NCBI GenBank assembly: GCA_016786925.1
Contig: JAEUTU010000026.1
Span: forward strand, 18,044-82,043
Reading direction: 5' to 3'
Origin: Bacteroidia bacterium
GTDB taxonomy: Bacteria > Bacteroidota > Bacteroidia > 2-12-FULL-35-15
DNA: 64,000 bases
Shown here in pieces: positions 60,012 to 64,000 of this stretch (position 1 is its first letter; each line of letters begins with the position of its first letter). The position numbers and the translations under genes were made by a program. Under the pieces are notes generated by a model. That model searched no databases, was not told the origin of the DNA, and saw nothing but the letters and a program-made list of their open reading frames with translations.

Positions 60012-60795
60012 ACAGCTGTTTAAGAATACTTTTCATTCTTCTCAAAGTCATATCTCTCATTCCGGGAAACCCGATTACAAAGCCATGGCCATTCTGGTGG
60101 TGGTGGCACTTTCGCTTTCCCTTATCAAATACCTGGGTGATTTTAAGTTTGCGGTTACTTTCCTAACACAAATAGGTTTGAATGATACTGCCTTAAAGCT
60201 GGAAGACTGGTGTACCATTCATCCCAATTCAGGTTTTAATCGTTTGTTCTGGTGGGTGTCTAACGTGATCGTGTTTTATCTCATCCCACCTTTTATTCTT
60301 ATCAAATTTGTTTTTAAGGATGCGTTTTCATCCTATGGTCTGAGTTTAAAAGGGGCTTTCAAGGATTATAAATTGTATCTCATCATGCTGTTGGTGATGA
60401 TCCCTTTGGTGCTTTATTTCTCGCGCACACAAAGCTTTCAGCAGCGTTATCCTTTTTATGATCTTCAGGAAGGGGAACCGATGTTCCCGAATTTTATTCT
60501 CTGGGAGCTCATCTATTTTGTACAGTTTTTTGCGCTGGAATTTTTCTTTCGTGGCTTTATGATCCACGGCACCAAACAGGTGTTTGGTTTTTATTCGGTA
60601 TTCGTAATGACCATTCCGTATTGTATGATCCATTTCGGAAAACCTTTTCCGGAAACCATTGCAGCCATCATTGCGGGTGTGGTGCTGGGTGTGTTGAGTT
60701 TAAAAAGCAGAAGTATCTGGATGGGTGTTGCTATTCATTACAGCGTGGCCATCACCATGGATCTTTGTTCACTCTATCAAAAAGGAATTCTCTGA
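59989..60795 (+). CDS. CPBP-family (CAAX protease/Abi) intramembrane metalloprotease
   Basis: Motif 1 ALEFFFRGFMIHG (EExxxR). Later FxxxH (IHFGKP) and HxxxN-like (HYSVAIT) motifs. Multi-TM. Confidence 0.65.
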   Translation: MIMSNMIKQLFKNTFHSSQSHISHSGKPDYKAMAILVVVALSLSLIKYLGDFKFAVTFLTQIGLNDTALKLEDWCTIHPNSGFNRLFWWVSNVIVFYLIPPFILIKFVFKDAFSSYGLSLKGAFKDYKLYLIMLLVMIPLVLYFSRTQSFQQRYPFYDLQEGEPMFPNFILWELIYFVQFFALEFFFRGFMIHGTKQVFGFYSVFVMTIPYCMIHFGKPFPETIAAIIAGVVLGVLSLKSRSIWMGVAIHYSVAITMDLCSLYQKGIL

Positions 60796-62271
60796 TCATT
60801 CCATTTCGGCAATGGCAACGAGGATCTTTTCCAGTTTTCGTTTCATCTCGGTAGGACTGCACTCATAATTGTTGGCGAGAACAGAGAAGGCTAATTGTTC
60901 ACCTTTTTTATTCTTTACATAACCGCAATAACCTCTGGCTCCGGTAATGTAACCACTTTTGGCTCTTAAATTATTTTCGGCAACAGTGCCTTCGCACAAT
61001 CCACCCAATGATCCTGATTTTCCTGCCACCGGCAATGAATTGTAAAAGGCAGTAAATGTTTTTTCTTTGGCAATGGCGCGGAGGATCTGCGCTTGTGTTT
61101 TGGTAGTGATCACATTGGCGCGTGATAAACCACAACCATCATTCATGGAAAATCCGCTGATGTCAACGCCTTTGGCTTTCCAAAAGTTCTTCACGATCTC
61201 AATGCCATCCGTTCCTTTTCCTGTTCCTTTTTTATGATACGCCATGTATTTCAATAAATGCTCGGCATACAGATTGTCGCTTTTCAAATTGGTGTAATAC
61301 ACAATTTTATCGAGCGTAGGCGAGTAGTGCGTATGCAACACTTTTCTATTCGCAAGCGCATACTCGCTCTTGTCTTTTAACTGTTTAACGGTACTTGGTT
61401 TTTCGCTGATGTTGATGCCACTTTTTTTCAAGGCATCGTGCAAAGCTTGTGCGCAGAAGAGGGAAGGATCGGGCAAGGAGCCTTCCACTTCATAGTTTGT
61501 TTTGTTGGCAGGAATGGTGCCTTCGGCAAATCGTACATTGGAATAAGGCGATCCATAGATCACAGCATTGTCGCCTTTGCCACCGGCTGTTACATAATTG
61601 TTGAAGATCAAACCTTTTACTTCCGGAACGATCTTATTCACCGTAGTGATGCTTCCTTCGGCTCCTGAATTATAATAAACAGTGTATTTGTTATCGTTAT
61701 AACTCAAACCATTGGCACCCGCTCCGAAATAATTGCCCATGTCGCCCCAGATCCATTGTCCCGGCACCATGTTGTCCTCAAAGATACTGGCATCGGCAAT
61801 CACAGCACCATCAATTTGTTTGATGCCTTTTTGTTGGAGGATGACAGCCCATTTTTCTACGGTTGTTAAACTGTCTTTTTTATCCTTGAAATACCCGGAG
61901 CCCAAGCTGGGATCGCCACCACCCACAATGTACAGATTGCCTTTGATGATGCCTTTGATGGAATCGAAAGTGCCATCGTAGGAAAGTTTGGTGCTGAATT
62001 TAAAGTTAGCACCCAGCATTTCCAAGGCTGCACCTGTGGTTACAATTTTCATGGTGCTGGCAGGTACCACACTTACCTGACTATTATATTCTGCTATTAT
62101 CGAATCTTTGGAATTGATCACACATACGCTCCACACAGCATGTTTCAGGGTAGGATCATTCTTGAGCGTGTTGATCTCCTGCTTTAGTTTGCTTTGTGCA
62201 AACAAAGCATTTGTTCCAGCGCTCATGAACAGCGATAGAATCAGCAAAAAGATATGTGACTGTTTTTTCAA
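60796..62271 (-). CDS. dacB: D-alanyl-D-alanine carboxypeptidase/endopeptidase (PBP4, peptidase S13)
   Basis: SxxK (ASTMKIVT), SDN (KSDNLYAE) and KSG (RAKSGYITG) motifs. Signal peptide. 491 aa. Confidence 0.8.
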   Translation of the reverse strand: MKKQSHIFLLILSLFMSAGTNALFAQSKLKQEINTLKNDPTLKHAVWSVCVINSKDSIIAEYNSQVSVVPASTMKIVTTGAALEMLGANFKFSTKLSYDGTFDSIKGIIKGNLYIVGGGDPSLGSGYFKDKKDSLTTVEKWAVILQQKGIKQIDGAVIADASIFEDNMVPGQWIWGDMGNYFGAGANGLSYNDNKYTVYYNSGAEGSITTVNKIVPEVKGLIFNNYVTAGGKGDNAVIYGSPYSNVRFAEGTIPANKTNYEVEGSLPDPSLFCAQALHDALKKSGINISEKPSTVKQLKDKSEYALANRKVLHTHYSPTLDKIVYYTNLKSDNLYAEHLLKYMAYHKKGTGKGTDGIEIVKNFWKAKGVDISGFSMNDGCGLSRANVITTKTQAQILRAIAKEKTFTAFYNSLPVAGKSGSLGGLCEGTVAENNLRAKSGYITGARGYCGYVKNKKGEQLAFSVLANNYECSPTEMKRKLEKILVAIAEME

Positions 62272-62272
62272 A

Positions 62273-62704
62273 TTATGATTTTACGATCTCTATTACCGCC
62301 ATGGTCAAACGACTGATGCAAACTAGTTTTCCTTTTTCATCTGTGATCTCAATCGACCATACATGTGTTTTCTTCCCGATGTGGATCGGTTTGGCTTCTG
62401 CAAAAACAAAGCCACTGCTGGCAGGACGAAGATGATTCGCGTTGATGTCCAATCCTACACAGGCAAATTTAGAAGTATCCACAATTAAATTGGACCCAAT
62501 ACTTCCCAGGGATTCTGCTAGGGCAACGGATGCGCCACCATGCAATATTTTCATAGGTTGTACCGTGCGGTGATCCACCGGCATTTTTCCTTTGATACTA
62601 TTATCGGTCAATTCGGTGATCTCGATGCCAATGGCTTCGCACATGTTCTCTTTCAACATCCAGGCAAGATCAGGTAAGCTGTATGGTCTGAACCAAATAC
62701 TCAT
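62273..62704 (-). CDS. Hotdog-fold (PaaI/DHNA-CoA) thioesterase
   Basis: 143 aa, central HGGASVALAESLGS motif typical of PaaI-type thioesterases. Confidence 0.7.
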   Translation of the reverse strand: MSIWFRPYSLPDLAWMLKENMCEAIGIEITELTDNSIKGKMPVDHRTVQPMKILHGGASVALAESLGSIGSNLIVDTSKFACVGLDINANHLRPASSGFVFAEAKPIHIGKKTHVWSIEITDEKGKLVCISRLTMAVIEIVKS

Positions 62705-62819
62705 AAGTTTTAATTTTTTATAAAGTTAAGAATAAAATAGCTTATGGAATTCTTTTCTGCTTTGCATCTGTCATTTGTAATATTTCAAAAACATTGTCGT
62801 TTATCTCAAAAAACTCACC

Positions 62820-63719
62820 ATGAAAACATCATCAAAAATTTATCTCACACTGGTTACAATTCTTGCCTTAGCTGCTTGTAACGGTAAACTAAAAGACGAA
62901 AACTTTGCAGCTGATGCCGCGCCTCCTCCTGTAATGGATCAAGTTTCATTCACCCCTCCGGATGTGCTGGAGAAAGAAGTTTTAGCAAATGCAAAAATGG
63001 AATTAACAGATGCTGTAGGCGAAGGGCAAAGCGGAGTAACAACTAAAATACAAGTGAAGATCCCTTCCAAGATCCGCAAAACTGCTGATCTCAATATTAC
63101 GGTGGATGATTACAAGAAAGCACGCACCGAAATTGAAAAGATCATTAAGTCGGCCAATTCCTACATCGGCAATGAGAACGAGCAACGTAATACCTACAGT
63201 ATTTCCAATGATATGGTGATCCGTGTGGTGAACAAAGATTTTGAATCCATGGTAGATAAGCTCTTGAGCGTTGCCAAAGATGTGAATTCCAAGAGTGTTT
63301 CAGCCGAAGATGTAACAGCACAGTTTGTGGATCTGCAAAGCCGTTTACGTTCTAAAAAGGAGATCGAGAAAAGATATTTAGACATCCTTCAAAAAGCCAA
63401 CAAGGTGTCTGATATTTTGGAGATAGAGCAAAAGATTGGAGAGATCCGCGAAGAGATTGAAGCCAAAGAAGGAGAGTTAAAATATTTAGCCGATCAGGTG
63501 GATTACAGCACCATCAATTTAACCTTTCATGAAGATTTTGAATACACACCTTCCGACAAACCGGGCTTTTGGGGTAGAGTAGGCACAGCTTTCGGAACCG
63601 GCTGGAATGGTTTTTTAAGCTTCCTGGTTGGAATGGTGTATGCTTGGCCTTTGTGGTTGATGTTAGGAACCGGTACCTTCTTCCTGGTGAGATTTATCAA
63701 AAGGAAACTAAAGAAATAA
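62820..63719 (+). CDS. DUF4349-like lipoprotein with C-terminal TM anchor
   Basis: Lipobox ALAACNG, central coiled coil (EIEKRYLDILQKANKVSDILEIEQKIGEIREEIEAKEGELKYL) and a C-terminal hydrophobic helix. Confidence 0.55.
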   Translation: MKTSSKIYLTLVTILALAACNGKLKDENFAADAAPPPVMDQVSFTPPDVLEKEVLANAKMELTDAVGEGQSGVTTKIQVKIPSKIRKTADLNITVDDYKKARTEIEKIIKSANSYIGNENEQRNTYSISNDMVIRVVNKDFESMVDKLLSVAKDVNSKSVSAEDVTAQFVDLQSRLRSKKEIEKRYLDILQKANKVSDILEIEQKIGEIREEIEAKEGELKYLADQVDYSTINLTFHEDFEYTPSDKPGFWGRVGTAFGTGWNGFLSFLVGMVYAWPLWLMLGTGTFFLVRFIKRKLKK

Positions 63720-63733
63720 AATAGCTTTAAATG

Positions 63734-63768
63734 AAAACGCTCCTTCTGAATTGGAAGGAGCGTTTTTT
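63734..63768. terminator. Bidirectional rho-independent terminator
   Basis: aaaacgctccttctgaattggaaggagcgtttttt between convergent genes. Confidence 0.7.
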
Positions 63769-64000
63769 ATGAGATGATATTACCGTCTTTCATCACGAGT
63801 TTGCGGTCGGCCATATTGGCCAGCTCCTCGTTATGTGTCACGATCACAAAGGTTTGTTTGAATTGATCACGGAGTGTGAAGAACAATTGATGTAATTCTT
63901 TTGCAGTGGCTGAATCAAGGTTTCCGGATGGCTCATCGGCAAAGATCACAGCCGGATCGTTGATCAACGCACGGGCAACAGCCACACGTTGTTGTTCACC
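63767..64000 (-). CDS. ABC transporter ATP-binding protein (LolD/MacB-like), C-terminal part; continues beyond window
   Basis: The rc reading ends ...[23 protein letters not shown]...[10 protein letters not shown] (Walker B, D-loop, H-loop). The ORF is open to the window edge. Confidence 0.8.
   Translation of the reverse strand, partial: GEQQRVAVARALINDPAVIFADEPSGNLDSATAKELHQLFFTLRDQFKQTFVIVTHNEELANMADRKLVMKDGNIIS

Overview
This 64 kb window looks like a Bacteroidota chromosome segment (Chitinophagaceae/Sphingobacteriia-like). The evidence is T9SS C-terminal sorting domains, SPOR-amidase, PorQ-like and OstA/LptD-like proteins, TAnnTTTG -7 boxes and no obvious Shine-Dalgarno sequences. Most of it is housekeeping with short intergenic spacers and A-tract/GC-hairpin/T-tract bidirectional terminators. 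Genes called: lpdA, M61 peptidase, ridA, LptD-like, amidase, ndh, rhomboid-gmhB-pabC, pdxH, M42 peptidase, yigZ, ribD, prmC, ligA, pdhB, POT peptide transporter, DPP-IV, GlcD-like oxidase, ndk, nrnA, dacB and others. Four regions stand out. (1) A Crp/Fnr-adjacent sulfur-trafficking cluster at 33.7-37.0 kb. It holds two DUF2892 membrane proteins, three rhodanese domains, two thioredoxins (one fused to a rhodanese in a lipoprotein) and OsmC. (2) A heavy-metal efflux operon at 38.7-45.2 kb. Its CzcA/CusA RND pump is fused in-frame to a TolC-like outer membrane factor (1453 aa). A His-rich small protein with an 18-bp tandem repeat precedes it, then a CzcB adaptor and a PepSY-like protein. (3) An array of four FKBP-type PPIase lipoprotein genes at 46.9-50.5 kb, including a triple-FKBP protein. 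(4) A visibly AT-rich accessory island of about 8.5 kb (50.6-59.1 kb) abutting the 3' end of a tRNA-Asp(GTC) gene. It contains a hipBA toxin-antitoxin islet bracketed by perfect 47-bp direct repeats that include the tRNA 3' end. Next to it are two uncharacterised cytoplasmic proteins that each carry an RN-x3-H (HEPN-like) signature, a candidate undescribed toxin/defence pair. The island also has a FecR-like/TPR module bracketed by a perfect 40-bp duplicated terminator. Other oddities include inverted-repeat motifs in two intergenic regions, simple-sequence repeats flanking the M42 peptidase gene, and two tandem paralog pairs. All calls are made by eye from the sequence and the ORF track; no searches were run.
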